Source of the DNA: a virus
Length of the DNA stretch: 64,000 bases
Direction: 5' to 3' (one strand)
UHGV virus genome: UHGV-0293664
Of this stretch, positions 44,977-55,732 are shown piece after piece (within the stretch, counting starts at the first letter, position 1; each line of letters begins with the position of its first letter). The position numbers and the translations under genes are program-made. The notes beneath the pieces were generated by a model, which did no database searches, was not told the DNA's origin, and saw only the letters and a program-made list of their open reading frames with translations.

Positions 44977-46722
44977 ATGGCGCAAGACATGACAAGCTTT
45001 GAGCAGGCGGTAGATCAAGTAATTGTTGATTCTGAACGTTTGCACCTGATTGTCAACGGTAACGCTGTGGATGAAGTTGTCGTAGAGGATGGGACCACCA
45101 TCCCTACGGTACGAAAAGCCATGCTTGACACCCTTTATTTTAAAACGCCACCGATCCCTTGGGCGTATGGTGCATCCACAACAGTTTTTAACCAGCTGTA
45201 CGAGTTTAAGGGGGACACAGGCCCTCAGTGGTGGTACGCTCCCGCAGCATCAAAATCTAACCCGGTTAGAATGCCAGCAGATCCTTCACAATCTCCAAAC
45301 TGGAGATTATATACAGATTCTGCAGTAATGGCAAAATACTACGCAAAACTTAACAGTCCGAGGTTCGAAGGTGACCCGCGAGTACCGACACCTCCAATGG
45401 ACGACAAATCCGAGTCTATAGCAAACACAGAGTTTGTTGTTGACTACGTGGATAGCATATTTGAAGCCATGGAGGGGATGAAAGTTACTGTAGGGTCTTT
45501 GGTGGTAAAAGGTCTTACAGAACTTGCTAACACCATAGTTGGTGGCACACTCACCCTACATGGGCCTGTTAATGGAGCAGATTCTACTGCACGCTTCAGG
45601 AACCTAATCCTCACGGCAAACACTTCTACACTTACTTTTGCGTGGAGCGATCCTAAGCATGCAGACTGGAGAAGTACAGAGCTGCAGCCTCATGAAGTGT
45701 CCACCCACAGGATTATAGCTGACACTATAACTTCTGGGAAACCAGTGGCTAATAATAACGATGTGCATTTTGATGGTCTAGGTAATAACTTTTTTGACTA
45801 CGTGTACATTCGTGGTAATGCCATGAAGGCAGCAACCGAACCGACATTGCAGGTAGATGGAACCACCAGGGTTAAGAACCTTGAGGTGACAGGTACTGTT
45901 ACAGGAATAACCTACTCTGTCGATGGCACCATGATCTACCCTAGCTATATTGAAAGCACGGGGGACGCATTAATAAATGGTGATTTAGAAGTTGGCGGAT
46001 CTGTAGTTATTCGAGGTACAGCCTCTATCCAAAACATAGCTCTGAATACCTTAAGAGTCAATGAGCGTGCAACTTTTGAAGGAGAAGGGCTTGCAGCCAA
46101 TAAAGGTACAATTACCGAGCTGACCACCACCACTCTAACTGCAACAACTGCAAACTCTGAAAACTGCAACGTTACCAGAAACTTGCAGGTAAATGGGGAT
46201 GTTAGTTTAAACGCAGCAGGTACTGGCACCACCTACCTGCACAACCTTGAAATATCCGGCACAGTGACTGGGTGGCTGCCAGACTTCTCTAATGTCAACT
46301 TTGTTTGTAATGGCATTAACTCTAGCGGTAAGATAACCACCTCTCAAGGAATTGAAGCTGGTAAAACCATTACTGCCCCTACTTTCCACGCAGGGAAGGT
46401 AGATTTTGATTTAGAGGAGGTTGACGCGTCCAGTGGGACATGGACACCTAACGGGCAGGCCAGTATGTATGTTGTCCACGCGAAAGGGGATTTTACAATA
46501 GGACAGTGGCCTGGGACATCAGCGGAAGATAAACCTTATCCATTCACTGCAGTTATCTATGTAATTCAGGATGCTGTAGGTCACAACGTGACTTTGCACG
46601 ATAAGTATGCCATCCTGTCGGCAACACCTGTTATTAACAACAAGGCTAACAGTGTTACCTTGCTGCAATTAACGTATTGTGGTGTTGGTGATATTGTAGA
46701 CGTAGTAATTGCACAACGTTAA
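44977..46722 (+). CDS. tail fibre/spike-like protein
   Basis: 581 aa, Thr/Gly/Asn-rich repetitive composition typical of fibre shafts; RBS AAGGAGA. Confidence 0.4.
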   Translation: MAQDMTSFEQAVDQVIVDSERLHLIVNGNAVDEVVVEDGTTIPTVRKAMLDTLYFKTPPIPWAYGASTTVFNQLYEFKGDTGPQWWYAPAASKSNPVRMPADPSQSPNWRLYTDSAVMAKYYAKLNSPRFEGDPRVPTPPMDDKSESIANTEFVVDYVDSIFEAMEGMKVTVGSLVVKGLTELANTIVGGTLTLHGPVNGADSTARFRNLILTANTSTLTFAWSDPKHADWRSTELQPHEVSTHRIIADTITSGKPVANNNDVHFDGLGNNFFDYVYIRGNAMKAATEPTLQVDGTTRVKNLEVTGTVTGITYSVDGTMIYPSYIESTGDALINGDLEVGGSVVIRGTASIQNIALNTLRVNERATFEGEGLAANKGTITELTTTTLTATTANSENCNVTRNLQVNGDVSLNAAGTGTTYLHNLEISGTVTGWLPDFSNVNFVCNGINSSGKITTSQGIEAGKTITAPTFHAGKVDFDLEEVDASSGTWTPNGQASMYVVHAKGDFTIGQWPGTSAEDKPYPFTAVIYVIQDAVGHNVTLHDKYAILSATPVINNKANSVTLLQLTYCGVGDIVDVVIAQR

Positions 46723-46730
46723 TATATCTA

Positions 46731-46757
46731 ACCGCTCCTGACGGGGCGGTTTTCTTA
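46731..46757 (+). terminator. intrinsic terminator
   Basis: accgctcc-tgac-ggggcggt followed by tttctt. Confidence 0.55.
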
Positions 46758-46770
46758 TCTGGAGAACACA

Positions 46771-49700
46771 ATGCTTCCAATCCCTTTGCTAAAACTTGGT
46801 CGTCATTTCCTCGATAAGAGGGGTGGAATTAAGGAACTTGCTGTTCTGTCATACCCAATAGACAACAGTGATGGCACAAGCACTACAGTATCCTATGTAA
46901 ATAGTTTAGCTATACTTTTTGATGATGGTCAACTCAATATCACGGGCTATAACAGGTTCGGAGAGTGCCGCACTGGGGGTCTTGACACGATAAACTACCC
47001 CAACGAGGCTGCCTGGAACGTTGATCATGTGTGGAGAGCAGACCGTGCGTTTGTGATCCGAACTTTTGATAACCAGTTTTTCTACATCGGCTGCACTGCA
47101 GGGCTTATTGGGTCTGATGCTGCAGGCGGTAATGATGTTTGTGTAAGAGAGTGGACACCTCTTCCTGAACAGATCGTTAAAGGGTTGCACCTTGACACCC
47201 ACCCAGAGCGCCTTATTGAAGTAATGGGCGGTATTAACAACACTATCTGGGTTATTGCAGAGGCAGAAGGCACTGGCATACTTAACCTGTATGGATCTGG
47301 TAACAACACCTACGGATCTTTGCATGTAGATAAAAATCAGCATGCAACCCCTGTAAAGATCGGTGAGACATCGGAAAATCCTGAAACAGGCCCTTGGAAA
47401 AACCCAAGCATCAACTGCGAGGTGCATGACAACTCTGTTATTTTCGGTGGTCCTAGAGGTTTCTGGATTGCTGGATACGACTTTCTGAGAAATAACAGTA
47501 GAAACGATCTTGTTTGGCCTCCTGTGCAGATTACTCGTAACGATTTGAGGGGCATTCCTGCAGATGAGGAGTGGAAAGGGTTTATGTGTGGTCCTAACGG
47601 GGCAATAATTGCCACACAGAGGATGCATAGACCCGATGACCAGCAGCTTGTTAACGTATTCTACGGGCAAGACGTTTGGGGAGATGACACATGGCGTTCC
47701 TTAAATATCACCTACACCCATGAGGTAATAATGGCTCGTGGGTACGGCACAAGTGGCATTTTCTTCAATAATGGCACTAAGCAGTATCGTGGATTCTCTC
47801 GCAACTTGTGTAATGATATTGGCGCACAATCTGCAAACAATAGCCCTAGGGCCAATTTTATCCACTATCAAGCTCTTGCTACAGCTAAATATGTTGAGCA
47901 ACGCCTGCCAGTTAGCTGGACAGAGAGTGTTTATTTCCAAGGCATCCACAGGGAAGGTTTCTTAGGAACCTTTACTGTTGTTAATGGTAAACTTTGGTGG
48001 TCAGGCATCCCAAGGGGGAGTTTTGCAGGCTCTAACAACCTGTTTGGCGGCAGACTTAATAGTCAGGGGTTCACAGAGGTTCCTGAGAATTGGTATAAAA
48101 ATGTCCCAGTAGACAGTTGGGATGTTGATGATATTTTCGACGTTAACGGTGTTAGCAGCGTTAGCAATATTTACATTGGTGACACGGTCAAGATGAAATT
48201 GAAGCCTCAGCCAGAAGGGGCTACGTTCATTATTGACAAGATTGAACTGGTAAATGCTGCAGGCACGGTTGTTACAGATGCAAATTACCAATTCTCCACC
48301 AACTGGAACCACGGCGGGGCCAATGAAGTTGTTGTTACCCAGTATAACAGAAATGTTAACAGACGTGGCCTGTACTCTGTAAAAATAACTTATCATGACA
48401 AGCATGGCACAGGCAGAACCCATACGACAAGGACTTTGAACTGGAACACCATAGTTCCTGCGTATCCGTCTAACGGCAAGTGGCATACCGTTGGTAGAAA
48501 CAAGCAGTTCCATGTTAACGATACTGTATACTTTGGGCTGAATGGTACTCAGCCTGCAGTAGAAGGTGATACATCATATATGGTCCGACTCCACAGAATG
48601 GATGCTGGATCAGTCACTTACGATGTTACCCAAGAGATTTATGATCAGAGAAGAAATACCTACAACAACTTGGTGCAGACACAGGCCGTATGGGAGTTCA
48701 ACCCTAACGGCAGAGGTGGTAAAATGTTGCAGGTTAACGAGCAAAACGGAACGTCGTTAACTGTCCACAAACACCCAGACCCTTGGCCTGATCCTGGAAA
48801 ACCTCACCCAGGCGCTCGTACGCTGAAAATTGTCAGCCATGATGTAGGATATTTCGGAATACGCTGGGAAGCTACAGTAAGGTATGCCGACGGGACAACA
48901 AACAACATAGGGATTACACTTGGTGGCACCAGTGAAGATAACTCGCTGAAAATTGCCTACACTCCTAGAGGTATATCTATTGACAATATGGATGTTGTTC
49001 GCAATGGTTACGGCGATGTGAATGTCAAAGTTACTCTTGGCGAACATCTTGGTGGGGAAAGGATCATCATGTATGCTTTTGATCATGACCCGCGTACCAA
49101 CGGAACTTATGCAAATCAGGCATGGAGTTACCTGATAAATGCACCTGGGCCGAATACTAAAGAGTTCTACTACGGCATGAAGCGAGATGTGTGCAAGAAA
49201 ACAGGAACACATGACTGGATTGCTATCTGCGTTAAAGATGAGCGCACAGCTTGGGATGAGCCTGTTAACAGATGGTTCATAGGTATTCCTACCAGAAGTG
49301 ATAAGTATGTCGCAGAATATATTGTATGCATGGGCGGTACCAACCTGAACATGTGTTGGAACGAGGATGCAAACAAATACTCTGATTATGACTATATGAG
49401 GGACTACTCTTGTAATCAGTGGTTTAACCAATCAACAGGATACCCTCCACGTCAGGCGAGAGTAAACCCTGCAATCTTCACAGATACGCAGGTTTTCTTG
49501 ACAAAACAGGCCAACAAGGTTCAGACCTTCAAGAATAAATACGATCCTAACAAGTGGTTCTACAACTGTTACGGCGCATTTTTCTGGGGACCTGGTGAGT
49601 TACCTGGTGGAGGATCTTGCTTGAATGAGGCAACTTACGCCAGTGACTACATCATGGGGCAGGTCAAGAAGTATAAGATAATCCCCGGTCCTGAGACTCT

Positions 49701-52398
49701 GGGCAATGCCGTTGACCCTTATATCATCATGACTGCACTGAGATCAAACATGGACGGGACATCCATGTCTATGCAAATTCCGGTAACAAACGGGTACAAA
49801 CGTGTTGTGATGATCATTAAGTGCGACTTAATAGGTAAACAAGTTCTTGCAGAAAACGGGACATCCACACATCCTTTTGAGATTGCTCTGCACTATCAGT
49901 TTGCTGACTCGCCTTTTGCAGGTGATAAGAGAATATCTGATACAGATGCACAGCGTTGTAAGAAAGTATTGTTGGGTGCAGGTTGGTGGTGGTATGAGTT
50001 TGATTTAACAGACAAATTCACCGACACGTCTAAAGTTGTAACAGGACTTCGTCTAGACCTTGGCGAGAACATGCACAAAGCTGTTTGTGATGGCACCTAT
50101 GGTGACCCTACAATATACCTAAAATATATTTCTTTTGAGCATCCGGAAGATGTTGTCTACGGTCCAAAACTGAGATTGTTTGGCAGTTGGATTGCAAAAG
50201 ATAGGGTAGGCATGGGTAAGAAGGTGAGAGGGTTCTTGGTTGATGCAGGAACAGAAGACATGCTGGTTAATGCAGTATGGCCTGAATTACCTGGGACTCA
50301 GTGGAACAACTCAGCCAAATCTATAAACTGGTTTAACATCCACAGGGCTATGTGGACCACTAACTGCTACTTGTGGAGAGAGCTTAACGATCAGGCTTTT
50401 GGCTTCAGTGATGGCAGGAGGATGGCGATCATTTGCTGGACAACGCTGCAAAGATGCTATGACCATGACTACGAGATTGGTGGTAGGGCATGGAAAAATA
50501 TCAGGGACAGAATCATAACCAATTTTGCAGACGACAACGGTGGTGGAGCACATAACTTTGGCACAAGCCGACTTATCCATTTGAATGGATCCTCGGCCTA
50601 CAAGAAAGAAGGTTACTCAGGGTCCATGATCGAGTGGGGTCTGGTGAAAGATGCTCGCGTATTGATGGGCCAGCAACTTGCTGCCGCAATAGGCCCAAGC
50701 GCAGTGCAGTCGGTTAAACCAGCGTGGTTCGATATCCCATTGTGGTCACCAGGAACACCGGGAACTGCTGCAATCAACCCTACCACTGGGGATCTAGAAA
50801 TATCCTGGGAGGACTTGAAGCAGGTCGGTGGTTGGGATAAAACGGGGTATCAGGTCCAGTGGTGGAGGGCTGATGGATCTTTAGCCTCTGATGAGTTTGT
50901 TAAGGACAATTTCTACACCATGTCCTCTGCAAAAGCACAGCAATTATTTGGTCAGGCCACTCCGTCAACGATCACCATGTCTATGTGCTGTAAAGACAAC
51001 AGGACTGGAGCTTTGGGGCCAAGGGTTGCTAAGGTTTTCTCAGGTATTAAATGGAATCTCCCTGTTCAAAGTGTTTCATGGAAGCAAATAGGTGATAACA
51101 AGCTGCTGGTTACCCCTGCCTGTCAGTTCAACGCAACTCTTAACGTTGATCCTGCTGTTGCGGCAAACTCAGCTAAAGCTTCTGACTTCTCTGTGTCTAA
51201 CACTGCTATGGCAGATGTGAGGAAGATTGACACACTGAACGCCAGAATTACCTGTAAAAACACTTATGGCACATTCCAAATCATCAACAACTTCACAGAT
51301 GCTGATTCTAAGGTAGTAAGGACAGCAAGCCAGACTCTGAGTTTAGGGACTCTGGCCTATGCGGCCCTGATCACCGAACAGTCGGCAACACTCCAAGGAG
51401 GCGGTGTAGGCAAGTCCATTGCAACACCTGTGTGGAAGCCGAATGAGTGGGTTGTGTTTGATTTGACTGTGGACTTCTCCAGTGATAATAACTGGACATG
51501 GGTAAGGAATTGTTTGTCACAGTTGATGGGCGGTCCAAGCTCCATTAGCGATAGTCACGACTCTACTGACCCGAGCGTGTTCCAGGTGGGTAAAACTCAC
51601 CCAGAGACTGGAGAAACGTTGCCTGACAGGAAGTATGCTTTGGTTTGCATCTCTTACGGGAAGGCAGATGTCACCTTCTCAGGGACACACACTTATAACG
51701 GAACCTACAACTTCTCAAGGAAGTATAGTCTCAAAGCAGGGAACATTGTAGACGAGGTTGGTGTGCTGTATAATCCAGGTAACGGCATAGGGATTGTGGG
51801 TGGTCAACTGCAGATGCAGGAACCTTCTATTACACCTTCCAACGTATCCGGGATTAGAAAGACTTGGGAAAGTAGTAATACCAACATTGCAACAGTGGAT
51901 GCCACCACAGGACTGGTAACATTTAAAGCCACTGGGAATGTCACCATAAAGTTTGTAGTTACAGATGATGCAGGCCGCAAAACGTCTTCAACATCATTCA
52001 CTGTCAAACAGATGGCACCTCAGTGGTTTATTTGGGAAGGAAATCCTCTTGACGGGGCTTACCCTAGACCTGCAGGAACGTCTAATATGAGGGTCTTTAC
52101 CGGTCCGGTCATGAACAATCCGACCACAACCACCAACCCTACATTTTTTGGTGCTTACATACCTGAAATCATTGGCCTACCAAGGAACCAGATACAACTG
52201 CTTTTCGGAGCAGGTGTTGATGGTCTAGCCACCTTTGGGTACAGTGACAACATTGATGCAGCCAGAAGCTCGGGTTGGATTGGATTTAAGTTCCAGTGGA
52301 ACCCTGGTGGTAGAACATTAGGTCTTGCAAGCATAGGTGTTATGCTACCTGGTAACCAGCAATACCATCTCGAAGCTTATACAAACTTCCCTAGTTAA
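46771..52398 (+). CDS. giant virion-associated protein (1875 aa) with C-terminal Big_2-like Ig domain
   Basis: Uninterrupted 5.6-kb ORF after RBS GGAGAA; C-terminal SNVSGIRKTWESSNTNIATVDATTGLVTFKATGNVTIKFVVTDDAGRKTSSTSFTV resembles a bacterial Ig-like group 2 domain. Confidence 0.45.
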   Translation: MLPIPLLKLGRHFLDKRGGIKELAVLSYPIDNSDGTSTTVSYVNSLAILFDDGQLNITGYNRFGECRTGGLDTINYPNEAAWNVDHVWRADRAFVIRTFDNQFFYIGCTAGLIGSDAAGGNDVCVREWTPLPEQIVKGLHLDTHPERLIEVMGGINNTIWVIAEAEGTGILNLYGSGNNTYGSLHVDKNQHATPVKIGETSENPETGPWKNPSINCEVHDNSVIFGGPRGFWIAGYDFLRNNSRNDLVWPPVQITRNDLRGIPADEEWKGFMCGPNGAIIATQRMHRPDDQQLVNVFYGQDVWGDDTWRSLNITYTHEVIMARGYGTSGIFFNNGTKQYRGFSRNLCNDIGAQSANNSPRANFIHYQALATAKYVEQRLPVSWTESVYFQGIHREGFLGTFTVVNGKLWWSGIPRGSFAGSNNLFGGRLNSQGFTEVPENWYKNVPVDSWDVDDIFDVNGVSSVSNIYIGDTVKMKLKPQPEGATFIIDKIELVNAAGTVVTDANYQFSTNWNHGGANEVVVTQYNRNVNRRGLYSVKITYHDKHGTGRTHTTRTLNWNTIVPAYPSNGKWHTVGRNKQFHVNDTVYFGLNGTQPAVEGDTSYMVRLHRMDAGSVTYDVTQEIYDQRRNTYNNLVQTQAVWEFNPNGRGGKMLQVNEQNGTSLTVHKHPDPWPDPGKPHPGARTLKIVSHDVGYFGIRWEATVRYADGTTNNIGITLGGTSEDNSLKIAYTPRGISIDNMDVVRNGYGDVNVKVTLGEHLGGERIIMYAFDHDPRTNGTYANQAWSYLINAPGPNTKEFYYGMKRDVCKKTGTHDWIAICVKDERTAWDEPVNRWFIGIPTRSDKYVAEYIVCMGGTNLNMCWNEDANKYSDYDYMRDYSCNQWFNQSTGYPPRQARVNPAIFTDTQVFLTKQANKVQTFKNKYDPNKWFYNCYGAFFWGPGELPGGGSCLNEATYASDYIMGQVKKYKIIPGPETLGNAVDPYIIMTALRSNMDGTSMSMQIPVTNGYKRVVMIIKCDLIGKQVLAENGTSTHPFEIALHYQFADSPFAGDKRISDTDAQRCKKVLLGAGWWWYEFDLTDKFTDTSKVVTGLRLDLGENMHKAVCDGTYGDPTIYLKYISFEHPEDVVYGPKLRLFGSWIAKDRVGMGKKVRGFLVDAGTEDMLVNAVWPELPGTQWNNSAKSINWFNIHRAMWTTNCYLWRELNDQAFGFSDGRRMAIICWTTLQRCYDHDYEIGGRAWKNIRDRIITNFADDNGGGAHNFGTSRLIHLNGSSAYKKEGYSGSMIEWGLVKDARVLMGQQLAAAIGPSAVQSVKPAWFDIPLWSPGTPGTAAINPTTGDLEISWEDLKQVGGWDKTGYQVQWWRADGSLASDEFVKDNFYTMSSAKAQQLFGQATPSTITMSMCCKDNRTGALGPRVAKVFSGIKWNLPVQSVSWKQIGDNKLLVTPACQFNATLNVDPAVAANSAKASDFSVSNTAMADVRKIDTLNARITCKNTYGTFQIINNFTDADSKVVRTASQTLSLGTLAYAALITEQSATLQGGGVGKSIATPVWKPNEWVVFDLTVDFSSDNNWTWVRNCLSQLMGGPSSISDSHDSTDPSVFQVGKTHPETGETLPDRKYALVCISYGKADVTFSGTHTYNGTYNFSRKYSLKAGNIVDEVGVLYNPGNGIGIVGGQLQMQEPSITPSNVSGIRKTWESSNTNIATVDATTGLVTFKATGNVTIKFVVTDDAGRKTSSTSFTVKQMAPQWFIWEGNPLDGAYPRPAGTSNMRVFTGPVMNNPTTTTNPTFFGAYIPEIIGLPRNQIQLLFGAGVDGLATFGYSDNIDAARSSGWIGFKFQWNPGGRTLGLASIGVMLPGNQQYHLEAYTNFPS

Positions 52399-52404
52399 CA
52401 AGAG

Positions 52405-52442
52405 GAAAATAAAAAGGGGCCGTTTGGCCCCTTTCTTTTTAT
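52405..52442. terminator. bidirectional intrinsic terminator between convergent transcription units
   Basis: A-tract, stem ggggcc-gttt-ggcccc, T-tract; lies between the plus-strand stop (52398) and the minus-strand stop (52445). Confidence 0.7.
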
Positions 52443-52444
52443 AA

Positions 52445-52645
52445 TTAGTAATATTCCCAACACGACCCATCTTCAGACGGCTGGACACGCTTACCTTCAT
52501 GATCGACATAGGTGTAACCACAGCCTTCACAGATAACAGGTGCCGCATAACCTTCCTTCCACTGCTTCTCCGTGATCAATCCTTTCAGATCTCCGCAGTC
52601 ACGACCAAACAACTCTTCAGAACAGTCTTTACAAAAATCAGCCAT
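52445..52645 (-). CDS. small zinc-ribbon-like protein
   Basis: 66 aa with CKDC...CEGC cysteine pairs. Confidence 0.4.
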   Translation of the reverse strand: MADFCKDCSEELFGRDCGDLKGLITEKQWKEGYAAPVICEGCGYTYVDHEGKRVQPSEDGSCWEYY

Positions 52646-52714
52646 CTCTATCAGTCTCCATATTTAACCAATCTGTATTACATATTGCCGAAGAAACAGT
52701 ATTTCATTTCATCA

Positions 52715-52933
52715 TTACAGATCTCCAACAACTTCCCAAATACCCCAGTGAGCATCCATATCCTTGATAAAGTATCTTTCTCCACGGTTTGTCCACACAC
52801 CTATCCCAACTTTACCATCTATCCCATTGTATACATCTGCCTCATACTCTTTGCCCGGTGTAAAGTGTACACCCATCATAAGGGCTGTTATTCCGTTAGG
52901 ATTTTTAAATTTAACAAATTTTACTTTGCTCAT
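52715..52933 (-). CDS. hypothetical small protein
   Basis: 72-aa ORF in a tightly packed minus-strand gene block. Confidence 0.35.
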   Translation of the reverse strand: MSKVKFVKFKNPNGITALMMGVHFTPGKEYEADVYNGIDGKVGIGVWTNRGERYFIKDMDAHWGIWEVVGDL

Positions 52934-52934
52934 A

Positions 52935-53264
52935 TTACTTAATCCTTGCAGTTACAGTAGCGCTATACCCCATGTAGTTATGAGACATAAAGAATGTAAG
53001 CCCTTTAAGTTCAGGATTCTTTCTAAGAAATCGTTTCAATTTTCGAATGCAATTAACACCATGATCATAGTTTGAGAAATTAAATTTAATACCCTGCTCT
53101 ATCATAGTGCACACTTCTTCATGGGTATGCCATTGTCTATCGTGGTCACAAAACCAGTAACCAATACTTTCTTTTTCTTGGATATGCAACCCCCAAAATA
53201 CTTTATGCATTGGATATTTTGGTTTTCTACCATGATAATGTAGTTTAATATTCACATGTGCCAT
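52935..53264 (-). CDS. hypothetical His/Trp-rich protein
   Basis: 109-aa ORF; stop adjacent to the downstream gene start. Confidence 0.35.
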   Translation of the reverse strand: MAHVNIKLHYHGRKPKYPMHKVFWGLHIQEKESIGYWFCDHDRQWHTHEEVCTMIEQGIKFNFSNYDHGVNCIRKLKRFLRKNPELKGLTFFMSHNYMGYSATVTARIK

Positions 53265-53434
53265 TTTTTTGTTACTCCGTTCTGTATCTGTGATAATGAG
53301 AATAGCAAACTGGAGTGTGTGCTGTCAACAACATTTTTTAAGCGTTTTGGGGAAGTTTTTTGAAAGGTGGGTGTAATCACAAGAGGGGGTAGAGTTATTG
53401 AAGGCACAGGCCTCGTTTGAGGCCTTAAAACAGA

Positions 53435-53815
53435 TTATGATGCTTTGACGTAGCGCTCTGACAAAGCTGGGAAGCCAAAAGCAGCACCTACACTGCCGTA
53501 CGCTATCCACCATTGAAGTTCATCGTGACACCATTTTCCGATCAGAAAGGTGCTGGGGTAGCGGGTCAATATTTTGGCATAAGCTTTAGGGTCTGCATCC
53601 TCTGGGATAATGATGCTTGGAACATCTTTGTTATGACCACAGCAGCAGTTTAGAGTTTTCAATCCTGCCGCCCATAGACTCATGATAGGCTTAGCCATGC
53701 ACTTATCAAGGCACACACGTTTTTTGCCGTCTCGAAGTTTTTTAGGCACATCAACGATAACATTTGGATGCTTGGCACCTTTCACTTTCCAATTATAGGA
53801 TTTACACTTGCACAT
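53435..53815 (-). CDS. hypothetical Cys-rich protein
   Basis: 126-aa ORF with CKCK and NCCCGHN cysteine clusters. Confidence 0.35.
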   Translation of the reverse strand: MCKCKSYNWKVKGAKHPNVIVDVPKKLRDGKKRVCLDKCMAKPIMSLWAAGLKTLNCCCGHNKDVPSIIIPEDADPKAYAKILTRYPSTFLIGKWCHDELQWWIAYGSVGAAFGFPALSERYVKAS

Positions 53816-54117
53816 TTAATCAGTCTCCGTCTAGAAAGCTCTGTAACTAAAATGATGCACAAAACTACCTAGCAATGCAATCTTATGCCTGCGGTGAGTT
53901 AAGTGCGCTACAGGGACTCCTGTTGCGTTTTAAGGCATATTTTACTTAAAGTCTTTATCACCTGCCACGATTGCATGAATCCACTCATTGTGATGCTTAA
54001 TAGCGGTGAGATGTAACATGATGTAGTGATCGTCATTGCCAAACATGGTATGATAGGCTTTGGCAGCATTTTGATATAACTTCCACATCAGGTAATAATA
54101 TCTTCGCCTCATGGCTC

Positions 54118-54588
54118 TTACTCCGGTTCAGGATCTGGGTAATCTTCAATAATAAAGGGCCATCCGTTCCGCTTAGCCTCAGACTTATACTCGATCTCCT
54201 TCATTGCAAACTCTAACTGATTCTTAGCCGGAATACATGCCGGAGAATCATCAATCCAGATATCTGGGTAGATATCAAACTGCGCCAGATAGGCTGCCTT
54301 CTGAACACCCCCAGTATAAAACACACCAACATCAAGCTCCTTGCGCCAATACTCAATGTCTACATTGTCTTGAGTAATGAATCGGGAAGTCACAAGGTAG
54401 ACTGTCCACCCCTCCTTCTTCAGATCCCTGATCAGGCGGGAGAAGATGAAAGGGCTCGCATTAAACGTTCCATCAAAGTCAATGGCAATGATGTGCGTGC
54501 CGTGGCGAGTCTCATATGGATTGCTCGTGGTAAGATTGCTGTAGTTAAAAGGAACTTCTTCCCCGCAGTAGCTGTAGTCCATATTCAC
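54118..54588 (-). CDS. HAD-superfamily phosphatase (possible nucleotidase)
   Basis: Motif I IIAIDFDGT, motif II LVTSR, motif IV IWIDDSP. Confidence 0.55.
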   Translation of the reverse strand: MNMDYSYCGEEVPFNYSNLTTSNPYETRHGTHIIAIDFDGTFNASPFIFSRLIRDLKKEGWTVYLVTSRFITQDNVDIEYWRKELDVGVFYTGGVQKAAYLAQFDIYPDIWIDDSPACIPAKNQLEFAMKEIEYKSEAKRNGWPFIIEDYPDPEPE

Positions 54589-54860
54589 ACCTTCTCGTTG
54601 ATAAATTTACGGGCGGTTTGGTGAGTTGTTTCTGCTGTCTTCAGAATGATGTTAATTTTATTGTCAAGATCATTCATCTCTGCAGTTAATTCAGGAATCT
54701 CTCCGGCGTGCATAGTGAAATCATACATAGACATGCCCAGAATCTCATTGATGCGGCGGTTGCATTCTGCAGCACGCTGGTTCATTTTCCAAGCTAACAC
54801 CAAAGCCTCCTGCGTAGCCTCTAGTGCAAAATCTAATACGTCGGCCTCTTCTTTCGTCAT
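54585..54860 (-). CDS. hypothetical small protein
   Basis: 91-aa ORF overlapping the downstream gene start by 4 nt. Confidence 0.35.
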   Translation of the reverse strand: MTKEEADVLDFALEATQEALVLAWKMNQRAAECNRRINEILGMSMYDFTMHAGEIPELTAEMNDLDNKINIILKTAETTHQTARKFINEKV

Positions 54861-54917
54861 GTCAGTCTCTCCTGTTGTATTGTTGGTAGGTGTATGAATA
54901 CCTTATAACTCACCTTT

Positions 54918-55484
54918 TTATTCAAACTGCAATAGTAAATCCACCACCGCGCTAGGTCTGTCAACAAATTCCCCTGGTCCACATGCCCATAAAGGGTATC
55001 CGTCTACATACCGCCAAATCCAACCTGCAGTGTGGAGTTCGAGCAGGGCAGTACCGTCCTTACTGTCAACCACTCTTTCCCACAGTGTCGGGCAGCGAAG
55101 CTTGAGGATCGGATCCCCTCCCTTATACCCGTCCATGTAGATACCCATTGCAAAGTTCAGCATCATCTTTTTGTGCACCGATCTCTTACTGAGAGTGCTC
55201 ATCACTTCCTCTTTGTGAATGTTTGTAAGCTTCTCCTTGGCTATCCGCAGATCGTTGCAACCATTGTTCAGCAAATCTTCTAGACACCTGATCCGAAGGT
55301 CGTGAATGTCTTTGTCGTGTACCGTTGGCACAGGGTCGTAGCGGTATAGCACTGTTGATACAAGGTTGCTCGGGTGTGGGTCTGACAGCAACCCATAACC
55401 CCAATACTCTTCTGTATCTGAAAGGACAAGACACCCAATGTCTCTGTCAAGCTTTCCTGTGTTGTAAGCCACATTGACCGCCAT
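54918..55484 (-). CDS. hypothetical protein
   Basis: 188-aa ORF. Confidence 0.35.
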   Translation of the reverse strand: MAVNVAYNTGKLDRDIGCLVLSDTEEYWGYGLLSDPHPSNLVSTVLYRYDPVPTVHDKDIHDLRIRCLEDLLNNGCNDLRIAKEKLTNIHKEEVMSTLSKRSVHKKMMLNFAMGIYMDGYKGGDPILKLRCPTLWERVVDSKDGTALLELHTAGWIWRYVDGYPLWACGPGEFVDRPSAVVDLLLQFE

Positions 55485-55486
55485 GA

Positions 55487-55732
55487 CTATAGCTCCACTA
55501 GCAAAGTGCTTTCAAAGTGCCGTTCATGCAGACCGTTGTAAGGGACCACCTCCACAACGCCATCACGAACATATGGGGTCATCATAGTGGTATAATCTCC
55601 AAACGGGTTGGTATTGTCACTAACCACAACCACCTTCTGCCCTTCCTTGGCAGAGTGCCAAATAGATCTGCACTTCATCAGGTGTTCGAGAGCTCCAGGT
55701 AAAATTTTGTTACGTTCTTTACGGGTCTTCAT
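55487..55732 (-). CDS. hypothetical small protein
   Basis: 81-aa ORF. Confidence 0.35.
   Translation of the reverse strand: MKTRKERNKILPGALEHLMKCRSIWHSAKEGQKVVVVSDNTNPFGDYTTMMTPYVRDGVVEVVPYNGLHERHFESTLLVEL

Noticed and set aside
46906-47670. Long antisense ORFs inside plus-strand structural genes (e.g. 46906..47670, 32046..32738, 48757..49431, 36548..36973)
   Set aside because: They lie entirely within well-supported plus-strand genes, lack RBS or promoter context, and have low-complexity, Cys/Arg-rich unnatural composition
27897-52398. Diversity-generating retroelement targeting a fibre gene
   Set aside because: No reverse transcriptase ORF and no template/variable repeat pair with adenine-specific mismatches were seen in the window
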